The notes below the pieces were generated by a model. It saw nothing but the letters and a program-made list of their open reading frames with translations, made no database searches and was not told where the DNA came from. A DNA stretch of 64,000 nt from Parvibaculaceae bacterium (GTDB lineage: Bacteria; Pseudomonadota; Alphaproteobacteria; RS24): contig OZ244224.1 of assembly GCA_965217015.1 (NCBI GenBank), positions 1,595,067 through 1,659,066 of the forward strand. The letters run 5' to 3'. The position numbers and the translations under genes were made by a program. Below, piece after piece: positions 15,001-21,297 of the stretch. The stretch's first letter is position 1; each line of letters begins with the position of its first letter.

Positions 15001-16461
15001 ACAGTGCAAACGGCAGGTGGCGATGTAACGGCGACCATTGCTGACAGCATGACTCTCAACGGCACAATGACCACAGCAGGTGGCGATGTAACGGCGGCCA
15101 TTGCCGACAGCATGACTCTCAACGGCACAGTGAATACAAATAGCGGCAATCTGACGATGGATATTGTTGGTGCTTTCGGGCAAAGCGCAACCGGTGAGAT
15201 TTTAACCGGCGGCGGTAATCTCAATGTCACAAATGGCGGTGGCACAACCCTAAGCGGCACAGTGACCACAGCAGGTGGTGATGTAACGGCGACCATCGGC
15301 AATGAGCTGACATTATCAACCACTGCGCGGGTGGTGACAGCAGGTGGTGATGTAACAGTCAATGCGAATGATGGGTTTGACCAGACTGTTAATATGCGCG
15401 ACCAAGCTTTGCTAGATGTGGGCGCGGGCCGCGTGTTGATAGAGGCGAGCGGGCAGGTGCTGCTCACAGGTTTGCGCACGGCGGCGGCTGGCGATGATGC
15501 GGTGACGATACGGGCGTTTGATATCCAGCAAGGTGGTGATGCGCGGCCGGATATTTTGCAAACGGGCACAGGGCGCGTGAACCTGCTGGCAAACCGTTAT
15601 ATTAATCTCAACAATATAACCAATAATAATAGCGCTAATTTGCGCTTGGCAGTTGGCGGCAAATCAGGCCTGCCTGAAGTGCGCACTGGCGCGGTGATGT
15701 TGGGTCTTATGTCTGATGCGGGCATTGTCTTTGACCAGCTTTATGCCGACCATGCGGGTATTGATGCGCCCAATAGCACATATTTCAAAATCACCAGCGG
15801 CATCACACAAGAAGATATTTACATCACATCCGCGCAAATGAATGCCCGACTGGGGCGCTTAAAAGAGCGCAGTTTAGAGCCGTCGCGCTGGATTGCCGAT
15901 GGGCAGGCGCGCTCTTTCTTTGATACGGCAGCGCTCAGCTTTGGTGGGCGTGAAGAGAATTATACGGTGACAGGTTCTGGGGATTATTTAACCAATCCTA
16001 ATTCTGTCTTGTTCTATGATTTCCTTTATGACGACCCTAATATTTCTAGCAATGGCCTCGCGGTGACATGGAGTCCGCGTTATGTATTGGCGCGCGCAGA
16101 AGCGGAACGCCAGCGCATCGACCAGCGTATGACCATGACGCTATATAATATGCTGGACGGGGCGGATTATGTTTCAAATCTCAACCAGACCAATGCCTTT
16201 ATCAATCGGGTTGATGCGCGCTTGAACGCGATAGAAACAAATGAGAATTTACTTGATTTGGTGAATACGCCATTGCCGCCTGCTGTTTTGCAGAACCAGC
16301 TTAATGGCCAGCTTAATGGTCAGCTTAATGGTCAGGGTAATTTTAATTTTGATAATATTACAATTAACCCATTTGACTGGCTGACCCCCGCACCAGCCGA
16401 GCCAAATGGTTTTGTCAATTTATCAGCGCTGACAGAGCCTGAGGAAACCCCCGCGCGCTAA
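1..16461 (+). CDS. giant beta-helical repeat exoprotein, filamentous-haemagglutinin/leukotoxin-like adhesin; 5'-partial, at least 5,486 codons in window
   Basis: Frame 1 is open from nt 1 (DDEETGGNN...) to TAA at 16459-16461, so the TTG at 49 is only the first possible start in the window. It contains dozens of degenerate Gly/Ala/Thr/Asp-rich rungs (G-x-[SA]-[VLI]-[AG]-[VL]-N-[VI] ... T-x-A-x-I-G). FhaB-like repeats lie near 12.5-13.1 kb and 14.1-14.8 kb. Confidence 0.9.
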   Translation, partial: DDEETGGNNLTDSTEALVGLGNAFSDEDISSATITDNLSVDSDALGDAQDSDENKSLTVAAAFAVNYVEELVSAKIGNEKSVTGDTVLVESLRNIDVSSDADASADSGAYNLGGAVGLNIADMQNLAELGTNVLVDGREVTVRAGMRSLTDGDTTDAQNAIKADATAGVGTGEFSLAGAVGLNVILRNQTSAALVASATVEADELILVDTLSTNDYTVKGKATVGDTARVFSGIEGYLSSLDNFTALVGGVSTALGVGTADDSPAPASDDDDEAGEGNVGIGAGFGVNVVLNDTTTSRIADNATITAHNAPTTNITVTASGQSNVTTSAEAGAKPDEASGSTAKTSLDAAVAVAVVTKSVTAEIGSGNNLDQLNNLTIEAIGGGHARSHAFGEVEAEESAVGASVAVAVIDENVSANLNRSVLTSAGISVTARTNSTDIALADAVAAGTVVRKYADKLNLDTDNLLGSDSLSRDSDAEDNPASMKALGGGFSGGDGAGFDLTGDNTDAGSGGSDNQQSGSVNIAASVAVNWTDHDSIAQIGDGVSLTSTGNVSVLSDNDVNYRTRGSGMAVFADNAIGVGVGILKTGQDTQAIIGDNVTITAAQNVSVRALTSENQGTDPIGNASFGSYASAEGVAGAGGGDLGVAGALGLVYSGDSQFAGIGIGADITHSGNLIVQSQATNKIVTRAWALAVASDATCSDPGNCNSDSNKTAVGASIAVNVITDTNYVELAEDGSFTTGGTATVEAEDLSPSNAAFDLDPEGDGTTTEEYLTTNYTTILQNASYYAEAIAGGAAQGGNAGSGSLAVTVSLGSTKALIGEGVSLSADALTLRAYNESDARHLVGALAIAEKKAIGGSLSGIYLREDVSALVGTDGDADSGATTTLETSEGDLIIQAEADQENITLMAAGGVSTNELALSGALGVNVMDTDIEARVTEDAVINAHAGDVRLEGDSTSRIKNFALAVSGSGGSDSAGGSLALNLFLTDKKAELGQSASVDNNINTYAANALRVDVDATQDIINGVISAGVSTSGNAISGALSSNIIKGDTVAALYQGVTGEVIGSHSSVFDTGVFVTANDTSNITDLTGTLAASNSTSVGVALGANVFWKNVNAVLDGTLTPAGQVDVTAETEQNLTATVVGIAGSSGGFSGAGSVSAGVVKSITEAKIGGNADIDADGSVMLHAGDDTDIFMLEPAASFSSGGTALAGAVGAAVFIGTTKARIYDGAIVDAQGQTAMQVELDSVTTSSPLLDGIFSGDDEQTRSALSSFNDSFTFDNVKDLFLTETRNTETRYGVSVSAVSDQDVISIAASGAVSSDSAIAISLSAGVGVSTTEASIGSATVRTTGGGNNADVMARAISDTYWVDLSAALGAGTGSAGVGVGGDVVVQVKNTYAFIENGADIDADGDVIVNADNKDRVVNSAATLGLGSSAGVAGTAAVGVMVNDTKAWVDGNVAAQNDMTVRADADSDLIQIAGGIGGGSSAGIGASFGVAYVKNTTEAYIDNDAVTNASGDTVVAANTGENSVAAVIAGGIGGSVGVAVSAGIKIHESNTRAYIKGSVNQDVAFAQAGQNVDVEALNRVTTIDVVGGIAGGGTVGVGVSLNALVVHNNAQAYIGGGTNTRVSAYDNIDVTADSDKNTKNFTLAGAAAGTVSVAGNVAVILVGATNDDESNEYMEDGEDGNYITHTNERINAINLSEILSDDASDGDYARTGDAVTEIGTVYNANKANADIAGSFTPSDSNLSRNKTQAFVENGATVTAGGNLTLRSDDTITTIFTAGAVGGAGVVGVGATVGTLVFNTSSESYIDSNASVNVSEDTLIHASTAESVGSGALSAGGAGITSVQGVVMTQATYSRARAFIEDNALLNQTDNSNDTQSVSVLATSDTDLVTFSGSGGGALVGVGITGDVMILEKETRAWIGEDAQVASGGDIAVDARSQEDLLQIAMSINGGLVGVTGAAGVVVVSNLTEAEIEDGAVVTADDSIRVQATDDSEIDAIIITGAGGAVGVGGSVGTYVLENITRAQIEQNAQVTALAETAGDGIAALTGAITNTAQTSTQAVRQQDGSLQDQTITTNDTNFVSGNASGLVVAAVTQEDIDLAPVGLAIGAVGVVGTIATTVTDSTTEALIGQSATINSDNTGAGNLQSLALLAKSDTRLNNVSAGLAYGGVGVANDLDTQVYEKTVRARMLGTVQVERDVDVTAFNRDRVMQTMVSSAIGASDGIGGLVGVSVIADEVVAEIGDGASVTAKRDITVDSDQDISIVQTGGNVSGGGGTGVGASLGVLVAKSSNTARIGDNATITAYRDLDVLANTLTNINQNVIGFGGGGTAAIVGSVGINMLKTTTLAEIGASTNVNATANPDYDATQSVTLTATDSVTTQGAAGAGAIGGAAGVGVGITVTVTRNSTLARIGNNSVIKAQDDISVAADATKNISNQGIAAAGGIGLGAAGSVALTLIGGSMSEDGSDALSNDNGSIIGEADQSITSNRNANQSEGGQENTNTSRLDDYDTNSKVTTQTANLQSDIEGDGTDSTLTQIGDSVQLVAGDDIGLAAEETISLSQIAGGAAGGAVGIGGFVAVGDYNGSVRTSVGDNSALTLGGDLTLTGVLNSGADKNITVPLADDITVKAVNSTVIGASIGLLGANVTVSQLNLNENVTAAMGDNVSVTSTSSDMDSDVTIQATRDVDAETNVLGLAAGAVAAGVSVAGVNASGDAVASIGNNTSLGSNTTRLGAVTLQALNASTQNVRAVAGGIGYLGAGVGAGATVTDSGTTRASIGTGSAVYGGGLVTVSSLDRARNYGNAVGVAVSAGFSMSGIISRVSADRDAYTLIGDNATLVGNGLQLSSTIGESGQNMADSDVIGATGGIVAGSGSESTVSADADTKVQLGNNVTLKSNALLAGEETAGGALNINATNLARIDNDSRAVAAGVAALGVHLTHSTSSGDSRIVFGTNTDLMSMDDIAIASLSDRDSRAQAIAGAGGLVAANGAESTVTHQSNVGVIAANGTSAGNGLGISAAGSLVVTAINNDSYDASMDAGAVALGGVTGAVARMTGSANTSIDFGDYADITSHGLVVTADNNLTKSGLDDNFKFDGGGAISITIGDSRTRHAQNALVDFGDNSNAVISGSKTDNQDAVITSRVNIVADDEAIINTGALVGVPVSDTQIIANSTARINMGSNSGLYTQRGDVTLLADTLSSIDADARTSVWGLAGVGATGLSDISMTGRNTVDIGTGTQLVANGYLTANAGREASLNRITAQTNIYNNTLIAGIFGEKSDARLSLNSNVNIAESAAMRSAQNMIIEASTGVRSANAVGYKEWLQYIGIAVVPINGSFGNAQLAGNSNINVSGTLETGVYHEQYIGFGTDFGTFREDPDNPGAVEKMSVTQADGVWTRSDGTQMDVPVVDSYSDDKTTTMRSNDFVRWRFDPNRDLSQDIDTEINQLEVAKLRSFNSEAADALADKQTNLLAEQTFYQGLQSGQMTAADVLATLQNQLAAKQTEYNNADPADQPDIQTEIDDIQSQIDNFSLTDEDVADNVDYTDVLADIATELTDIQSQIDSFDSSGDPATVTKINNEIAFLEAKKANLNQGSVDVIVVEDIFAATGHIYTKADNLTGTNTGQLISNHEVSVTIRNDSNSPIEISDIDVPRSPGGSIYFNEVLVQSQQDIANLNRNNDAQTDFGLTSSPGNFTTSVQIDGRYNPNSSAYNPDVSVPIKAPSMILSGTIMNRAGSVNVVNKNGSIYSDGQIQARRIKVTSGGAFFVNDKTPGIYNVGAAPTADTRSNNSDPQGYGDVAAARTDNIGQPDADLGGCTGTPSYAMPHDNGGVNNNTESCHVGTVNQSDDESARLFGDEVYIVANTINVNGLIQSGVANKSITINETYDAFTNNDGVSNYTLADVALDLNGETGANREGIGGVTAEYNAAEDVIEVSGLEAKGGKVTLVGKLISTGNGEIKVLDGYGTFNVNNLSDKDVRINYANLGEVEGVVTLIDDAFADSNGVPRVTQYTRIGDTLTVRNNVGTNSSNPTELVSSAAGRDAQYAVKDGMRYYWIEGESLDITRVYRTDRRKKVLIGINIGEETNFRPPASSFTSQEIPADMLPSADYAAIDTSVTDDYRFRMRYDETYYDINTVRDPDPPSCYRVGASWAPLYEDCSWTNVSTEISRGSLFYYQDVSADRQIGIEFIGSDTGTFNVTSGSGIQIGGEINAVNTATTLTANNGDITALNNNAVIEVDDVTLSATGSIGSATTALKLVQDAADTITASAGNGVYLSSENGDLRFASLVNSAGDIDLQASENIYLTTTDNALTGENINLRANYGELADLSGNAIRVNTGDGTLSAFSRAGNIAIVETQGDLRVRQIDTFGNVSIAVPTGSLLDGNQEQTDDAATQEALLSLWADLRLTGDDALTKRNEQMVSYRRSMEQLYGDYWGLRNLTQNADGSYSADAYDANFNYTVTAEERAEIANGSFVAQSNALYQDYWQLRDVQQNADGDYIAQAYNPNFIYVPTAEEETALNNDPDLIAQLKLDKQARYQQGYERFGTLDYNPSFDFTNIAVAQYEASREARYQQAYEKFGDAAYQQGFTYSAGDTETTALTAGFAWDQEHLEAPLPGQAFKDITDTSAFIEASNIIGDDITLSVATGNIGTFTDTTQFEIADVYAKRLTDEQKVLLAAAEADDVDYNQTTGLVTLTQRDDLDIQTRNADSAVIVSAPQGYAFLGGETSVNISSFNVFGDLRLKVSGNIYNIADAGVVALNSDNLVLEAATGSIGAGDKSLLIDIDDGYSLTARAQTGLWLEEAAGDVRVGQLYSPNEINLISPGAIYDANADLITDIKSNAVTLVAANSIGGVAADGDSDTQIGQKALDLATTSLTESRFTLTSQNAGAALYNAFGTQLRLTQLSTQNDIALMAIGDARIGGEVNTNGHDFGMIGFSDIVFDDEDNAVFRNTAVNLSATANMQIDTRLETQGGNLTMDIVGAFGQSATGEILTGGGNLNVTNGGGTTLSGTVQTAGGDVTATIADSMTLNGTMTTAGGDVTAAIADSMTLNGTVNTNSGNLTMDIVGAFGQSATGEILTGGGNLNVTNGGGTTLSGTVTTAGGDVTATIGNELTLSTTARVVTAGGDVTVNANDGFDQTVNMRDQALLDVGAGRVLIEASGQVLLTGLRTAAAGDDAVTIRAFDIQQGGDARPDILQTGTGRVNLLANRYINLNNITNNNSANLRLAVGGKSGLPEVRTGAVMLGLMSDAGIVFDQLYADHAGIDAPNSTYFKITSGITQEDIYITSAQMNARLGRLKERSLEPSRWIADGQARSFFDTAALSFGGREENYTVTGSGDYLTNPNSVLFYDFLYDDPNISSNGLAVTWSPRYVLARAEAERQRIDQRMTMTLYNMLDGADYVSNLNQTNAFINRVDARLNAIETNENLLDLVNTPLPPAVLQNQLNGQLNGQLNGQGNFNFDNITINPFDWLTPAPAEPNGFVNLSALTEPEETPAR
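14885..15264 (+). repeat. in-frame 258-bp tandem duplication inside the giant gene, with a nested 63-bp (21-aa) repeat
   Basis: nt 14885-15006 and 15143-15264 are identical over 122 bp when aligned by hand. nt 15007-15069 and 15070-15132 are about 87% identical 63-bp units. Confidence 0.95.
16297..16332 (+). repeat. 3 x 12-bp in-frame repeat (QLNG)3 near the C-terminus of the giant protein
   Basis: CAGCTTAATGGC CAGCTTAATGGT CAGCTTAATGGT. Confidence 0.95.
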
Positions 16462-16472
16462 ACTGTTGCAAC

Positions 16473-17369
16473 CTAAACTGTCGCGGATAATAAAGTAATG
16501 GTGTCATCAGGCATGCTGAACAGCTCTCTTTGACCGTTCATAAACAGCGCCGCTAATTCCTGTGAGCTATAAAAATGCCGGCTTTGGAAGCCTGCCTGCT
16601 CTAAGCGCTCATCAAGCATTTCAACCGTATATTGATTGATCATTGGCTCGCCCATTTCTGAAACAACTTTGTTGAGATGCACAAGGCTATCAGGCTCAAA
16701 TTCTTTTGATTGCGCATAATCAGGCATTAAAAAATCCATCACCAAGCGGCTGCCAGGCGCAAAACTGCCAAGCTCTTTGAAGCCAGCGATTGTGCTTTCA
16801 TCGGTCAGATACATCACCACACCAAGCCATGACATGACCGTGATACGACTGCGGTCTATCCCGGCCTGCGCCAGCGCATCGGGCAGGGTTTGAGTTTCAA
16901 AATCAACCCCGATGAAATGCAGGTTTTCAGGAATGGTGATACCCGCATTTTCGAGCGTTTTCTTTTTCCATTTCTGGGTTTCTGGGTGGTCGATTTCATA
17001 AATCGGGCAGTCTTTGAGCAAAGCCGCATAGCGATAGGCGGTTGTATCCAGCCCTGCCCCTAAAATAATCACCTGCTCCGCGCCTTCTTGCATCGCCGCG
17101 AGCAGCTCTTCTTCAAACAATCGCGAGCGCATGCACACAGCATGGGCCGAGCGTAAAACAAATAGCTCGGCTGTTTCTTTGTCGCTCAGGGCGGTGAAAA
17201 GCTCAACCACGCCCTGATAATGGTGCATTAACTCGGTTTCATTGGCGGCGCCAGAAAGCGCTAATGCAACATTATCATGTAAAATTTTTGGTTCCGGCGC
17301 GGTTAAAAAATGATGTGCGCGCATAACGGCAGTCATTTTGGCTGTTTGACTTGGTTCCCCAGCTTGCAT
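16473..17369 (-). CDS. class I SAM-dependent methyltransferase (leucine carboxyl methyltransferase / TIGR00027-like)
   Basis: 298-aa ORF. It has TAKMTAVMRAHH near the N-terminus, the ILGAGLDTTAYR SAM-binding loop and EIDHPETQKWKK. RBS GGAGGGATAAA precedes the ATG. Confidence 0.7.
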   Translation of the reverse strand: MQAGEPSQTAKMTAVMRAHHFLTAPEPKILHDNVALALSGAANETELMHHYQGVVELFTALSDKETAELFVLRSAHAVCMRSRLFEEELLAAMQEGAEQVIILGAGLDTTAYRYAALLKDCPIYEIDHPETQKWKKKTLENAGITIPENLHFIGVDFETQTLPDALAQAGIDRSRITVMSWLGVVMYLTDESTIAGFKELGSFAPGSRLVMDFLMPDYAQSKEFEPDSLVHLNKVVSEMGEPMINQYTVEMLDERLEQAGFQSRHFYSSQELAALFMNGQRELFSMPDDTITLLSATV

Positions 17370-17548
17370 TTTATCCCTCCTGTTTTTCTTTAACAGTAAC
17401 AGGTCAGAAAACCCTGTCCATATAAATAAACGACATTGTCGGTTCAGCTTTACCCGGCCTGCATTTTGCCCTAACTTTTTAAGAGATGCATTGTGCTGCT
17501 GCTGAATTTGATTGGTTGGCTGTCAGGGCAAAATTGTGGAGAATAATC

Positions 17549-18814
17549 ATGAGTGGCGGCACGAAACCAATAATTTATTATCACGGCTGGATTGTTCTTG
17601 CCGCTTGCTTTCTCTGTTCAATGGTTATTGTTGGCGGCACAATCTATAGTTATCAGTTTTTTGTGATTCCCATCACGCAAGAATATCAAATAAGCCGTAG
17701 CACTGTTTCAACCGCTTATATCGCTTTATTGGTGGGGCTGGCTTTATGGTCGCCTTTCATGGGCCGCTTGCTCGATAAAATACCTGTGCAATATGTGTTT
17801 GTGACGGGTGGGGTGGCCTATGCGCTGGGCTATAGCGTGATTGCATTGAGCCAACAGCTTTGGATTATGCTGGCGGCGATTTTTTGTCTGGTCGCGCTGG
17901 CGGTGAGTTGTGCGGGCGGGATTGCGTCAAATGCGGTGACCTCGCGATGGTTCCAGAAAAGGCGCGGGCGTGCTTTGGGCATGGTTTCTGTCACCTCTTC
18001 GGCGGGCGGCTTTGTCATGACACCGATTGTGGTTTGGCTGCTTGGTACGCAAGACTGGCGCAGTTCATTAATGATTGTTGGTTGGGCAACCTGCCTGATT
18101 ATTTTAGCCACCGCTTTGGTGTTTATCCGCACGAAGCCAGAAGCGCGACACTTAGCGGGTTTTGATGAATTTGACACTCCAAACGCGCCCGCAAACCCAG
18201 AGTCACAGGCACCAAACACAGGCATAAACCCTGATGAGCAAAGCTGGAGTTTTAAGGCTTTATTGCGGGAGCGCAATTTCTGGTTGCTGGTTCTTGGTGC
18301 CGGGCTTTTGCTGGGCAGTGACCAGGCCATGCTGACCTCAAAATACCCATTTCTGATTGATAGTGGCCTGAGTGCCGCTCAAGCGGCGACGATTATCACC
18401 AGCATGATTTTTTCAGCTGTCATTGGCAAGTTGGTTATTGGCTATATGGCGGATTATTTCGATATTCGGCATTTATTCGCCTTGGTTGCGGTTTTTCATA
18501 TTGGCCTTTTGCTTGTATTTCTTGGGCGGCCCGGCTTTTATGGCATTTTGGCATTTGCGTCTGTTTTTGGCGCGGCGGTTGGCGGGATTTACCCTGTCTG
18601 GACGACACTCACAGCCAAAGCTTTCGGCACCAAAAGCATTGGTTTGGTTTTTGGTTTTAGCGCGCCTTTTATGCAGCTTTTATCGGTGGTTTTTGTGCGT
18701 TTTATTTCTGAAGTCCACAGCGTCACTGGCAGTTATGACCCGGCCTTTATAGCGTTTTTGATAACCTCATTCATCTCATTGGTGCTGATATATTTGATGC
18801 GCTTGCCAGAATAG
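17549..18814 (+). CDS. MFS transporter
   Basis: About 12 hydrophobic segments and a central hydrophilic loop. I prefer the in-frame ATG at 17549 (GTGGAG RBS 9 nt upstream) to the ORF-track start at 17486. Confidence 0.8.
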   Translation: MSGGTKPIIYYHGWIVLAACFLCSMVIVGGTIYSYQFFVIPITQEYQISRSTVSTAYIALLVGLALWSPFMGRLLDKIPVQYVFVTGGVAYALGYSVIALSQQLWIMLAAIFCLVALAVSCAGGIASNAVTSRWFQKRRGRALGMVSVTSSAGGFVMTPIVVWLLGTQDWRSSLMIVGWATCLIILATALVFIRTKPEARHLAGFDEFDTPNAPANPESQAPNTGINPDEQSWSFKALLRERNFWLLVLGAGLLLGSDQAMLTSKYPFLIDSGLSAAQAATIITSMIFSAVIGKLVIGYMADYFDIRHLFALVAVFHIGLLLVFLGRPGFYGILAFASVFGAAVGGIYPVWTTLTAKAFGTKSIGLVFGFSAPFMQLLSVVFVRFISEVHSVTGSYDPAFIAFLITSFISLVLIYLMRLPE

Positions 18815-18871
18815 TTTTTTGATTTTCTTTGCTTGTTTGTGTAGCCTATTTGAAAAAGGGAGGAAGCACTT

Positions 18872-20353
18872 ATGAATAGACGAGATTTTATGGCCGCCCT
18901 AGGGGCTGGCACATTTTTTGCCCTGATGCCGGGCCAGCGAAGCTATGCGGCCAGCAAGGCCGATTTAGCCCATCTTGATTTAATGGATACCGCAGCGGCA
19001 ATCGCGGCGGGTGATGTTTCTATGATGGAAGTCACCTATGCCGCAATGGACCGGATAGACGCGCTTGACCCACAACTCAATGCGGTGGTCACCAAGTCTT
19101 ATGATTATGGTTTGCGGCAATTGGCCAAAGGGCGGCAAGGTCCCTTGGCGGGTGTGCCATATTTGCTGAAAGACCTGAACCCGTTGGCAGGTGTGCGGTT
19201 AACCAATGGCTCGCGGCTCTTCTCAAGCTATACGGCACAGAAAAATTTTCCATTCACCGATAAGGTTTTGGAAACTGGGGTTGTGATTTTAGGCAAAACC
19301 AACACACCAGAATTTGGGCTCATGCCGACAACCGAGCCGATTGCCAATGGGCCCTCGCGCAACCCTTGGAACACAGAATATTCAACAGGTGGCTCGTCAG
19401 GTGGTGCGGCAGCAGCGGTTGCGGCGCGTATGGTGCCAGCGGCGGGCGCAAGTGATGGCGGCGGCTCTATCCGTTTTCCGGCCTCGGCCTGTCATTTGTT
19501 TGGCATTAAACCAAGTCGTGGACGGTTTGGCGGTCAAAATAACCCCAGACGCTTGGTGGATCTTTCTGTCAAACACACGATAAGCCGCACGGTGCGCGAT
19601 AGTGCTTATTTGCTAGCGCTGACCGAAAATGGTGAGGGCGCGACCCTGCCCCCAATTGGGTTTATTGAGGGGCCGAGCAATCAAAAACGCAAAATTGCTT
19701 TGTCTTATAATGTGCGCGAAATCACACCTGATGCGGATACAAAACGGGTGGTGGGGCGTGTTGCAAAGGCGCTAGAGAAACTCGGGCATGAGGTTGAGCT
19801 GGTCAATAAAACACCGCATGATGACCCTGTTTTTCAGGATTTGTTCACCAAGATTTGGGCAAGCGGGGCGCGTGATTTATTGGCGGTGGCTGAAAAAATG
19901 ATTGGCATGCCAGCAACAAAAAGCAAATTGCTGGAACCCAATACGCTGAAAATGATTGAAATGTTCGCGCCCATCACCTCTGATGACAGCCAGTTTGTCA
20001 AAGACACCATCATACGCCTTCAGGGTGAGATGAATGATTTCATGGCAAATTATGATGCATGGCTCACGCCCATGTCGCCAATGGCGACCCCCAAACTCGG
20101 TTATTTTATTGCTGATTTACCAGCCGAAGAGCTTATGGACCGCTCGGCGCATTTTGCCAGCTATACTCCAATCCATAATGCGCTTGGCACAACAGCTATG
20201 TCGGTGCCGGGTGGGTTTAGTTCAAATAATATCCCAATGGGTGTGCAGATTGCCGCCAATATTGGGCAAGAAGCCGTGCTGCTTGATTTGGCCTATCAGC
20301 TAGAGGCCACAATTCCATGGGGTGACCAAATGCCCCCGATTGTTGCGGGCTAA
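18872..20353 (+). CDS. amidase (amidase-signature family) with twin-arginine signal peptide
   Basis: [18 protein letters not shown] is a Tat motif. [13 protein letters not shown] is the amidase-signature Gly/Ser stretch. RBS GGGAGGAAG. Confidence 0.85.
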   Translation: MNRRDFMAALGAGTFFALMPGQRSYAASKADLAHLDLMDTAAAIAAGDVSMMEVTYAAMDRIDALDPQLNAVVTKSYDYGLRQLAKGRQGPLAGVPYLLKDLNPLAGVRLTNGSRLFSSYTAQKNFPFTDKVLETGVVILGKTNTPEFGLMPTTEPIANGPSRNPWNTEYSTGGSSGGAAAAVAARMVPAAGASDGGGSIRFPASACHLFGIKPSRGRFGGQNNPRRLVDLSVKHTISRTVRDSAYLLALTENGEGATLPPIGFIEGPSNQKRKIALSYNVREITPDADTKRVVGRVAKALEKLGHEVELVNKTPHDDPVFQDLFTKIWASGARDLLAVAEKMIGMPATKSKLLEPNTLKMIEMFAPITSDDSQFVKDTIIRLQGEMNDFMANYDAWLTPMSPMATPKLGYFIADLPAEELMDRSAHFASYTPIHNALGTTAMSVPGGFSSNNIPMGVQIAANIGQEAVLLDLAYQLEATIPWGDQMPPIVAG

Positions 20354-20382
20354 AGCGCTAACAGAGATATAAAAAGAGCCAT

Positions 20383-20424
20383 AAAAAATGACCCGCTTTT
20401 TCAAGTGGGTCATTTGTTTTTTGG
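20383..20424. terminator. bidirectional intrinsic terminator between convergent amidase and enoyl-CoA hydratase genes
   Basis: Stem 20388-20397 / 20406-20415 (AATGACCCGC / GTGGGTCATT, one G-U pair) with an 8-nt loop. It is flanked by an A-run upstream and TTGTTTTTT downstream. Confidence 0.7.
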
Positions 20425-20447
20425 GTTCGCAAAACTATGCTAAAGGC

Positions 20448-21212
20448 TTATTTGCCTTTCCAGTTGGGTGGGCGTTTTTCTGCAAAAGCGGTGGCGCCCT
20501 CAATCGCGTCTTCGCTGGCAAAAACCTGCATGGTCATGGCTTCTTGCTTTTGCCACATTTCCGCCTGCGCCCATTCCTCTGAATTGACGATAATGTCCTT
20601 ACTAACGGCAACCGCTAGCGGGCCATTGGCGCTGATACGCCCGGCCAGTTCTTTGGCCGCTGCCAGCGCTTGGCCAGAGGCGACGCTTTGATTGATAAGC
20701 CCAACTTGTAAAGCGCGCTGCGTATCGATAAAGTCCCCCGTCAGGGCAAGCTCAAGGGCAAACCGTGGGCTGACTTGTTTGGGCAAACGCAACAAGCCGC
20801 CACCGGCTGCCACCAGCCCGCGCTTGGCTTCAGGTATCCCAAATTTGGCATCTTCAGCGGCCACAATTAAGTCGCAGGTAATCGCCAGCTCAAACCCGCC
20901 TGCCAGCGCATAGCCTTCAATGGCGGCGATGAGCGGTTTTTTGGGTGGTGCTTGCACAACGCCAGCAAACCCGCGCCCTTCAACCATTGGCATTTCGCCT
21001 GAAACAAAGCCTTTTAAGTCCATGCCCGAACAAAATGTGCCGCCCGCCCCTGTGATGATGGCCACGCGAATATCGTCATTATTGTCCAATTCGTCCATCG
21101 CCGCCGCGATATGCTCTGCAACAGCCTTATTTACCGCATTTTTCGCCTCTGGGCGGTTAATGGTGATGGTCATTACGCCATTTTCTACTTCTGTTAAAAC
21201 CGGATCGCTCAT
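20448..21212 (-). CDS. enoyl-CoA hydratase/isomerase (crotonase) family protein
   Basis: 254 aa. ITGAGGTFCSGMDLK and the AAIEGYALAGGFELA oxyanion-hole motifs. Confidence 0.9.
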   Translation of the reverse strand: MSDPVLTEVENGVMTITINRPEAKNAVNKAVAEHIAAAMDELDNNDDIRVAIITGAGGTFCSGMDLKGFVSGEMPMVEGRGFAGVVQAPPKKPLIAAIEGYALAGGFELAITCDLIVAAEDAKFGIPEAKRGLVAAGGGLLRLPKQVSPRFALELALTGDFIDTQRALQVGLINQSVASGQALAAAKELAGRISANGPLAVAVSKDIIVNSEEWAQAEMWQKQEAMTMQVFASEDAIEGATAFAEKRPPNWKGK

Positions 21213-21297
21213 TGTATTTTCCTCTGGATACGCTAGTTTTAGGAACAGTCAGTCTAGCGGGTTTACTGGATTTTGAAAGTCATAAAAGGGGAAGAAA

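Noticed and set aside
14885-15330. Possible CRISPR-like array, suggested by the regularly spaced identical repeats.
   Set aside because: The repeats are 122 bp long and in frame within a CDS. They are separated by related rather than unique sequence, and no cas genes are present. This is a coding tandem duplication.
327-15569. Dozens of antisense or out-of-frame ORFs of 60-271 aa inside the giant gene, for example 14754-15569 (minus strand) and 5553-6167 (minus strand).
   Set aside because: All lie within one continuous 16.4-kb reading frame. Their translations are low-complexity Pro/Ala/Ser/Thr/Val strings, as expected from reading a Gly/Ala/Thr-rich gene in other frames, and no RBS or motif supports them.
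1-16461. RTX toxin/adhesin or CDI (CdiA) toxin identity for the giant protein.
   Set aside because: Reading the whole translation I found no GGxGxDxUx nonapeptide runs and no VENN or similar pre-toxin junction. The Gly-rich runs present (for example GGGDLGVAG) do not fit the Ca-binding consensus.
16451-16486. The direct 9-mer CTAAACTGT x2, which covers the stop codons of the two convergent genes, and a weak CCGCG/CGCGG hairpin, considered as a terminator.
   Set aside because: The stem is only 5 bp with a 26-nt loop and no U-tract. The repeat is most simply coincidence, so it is too weak to call.
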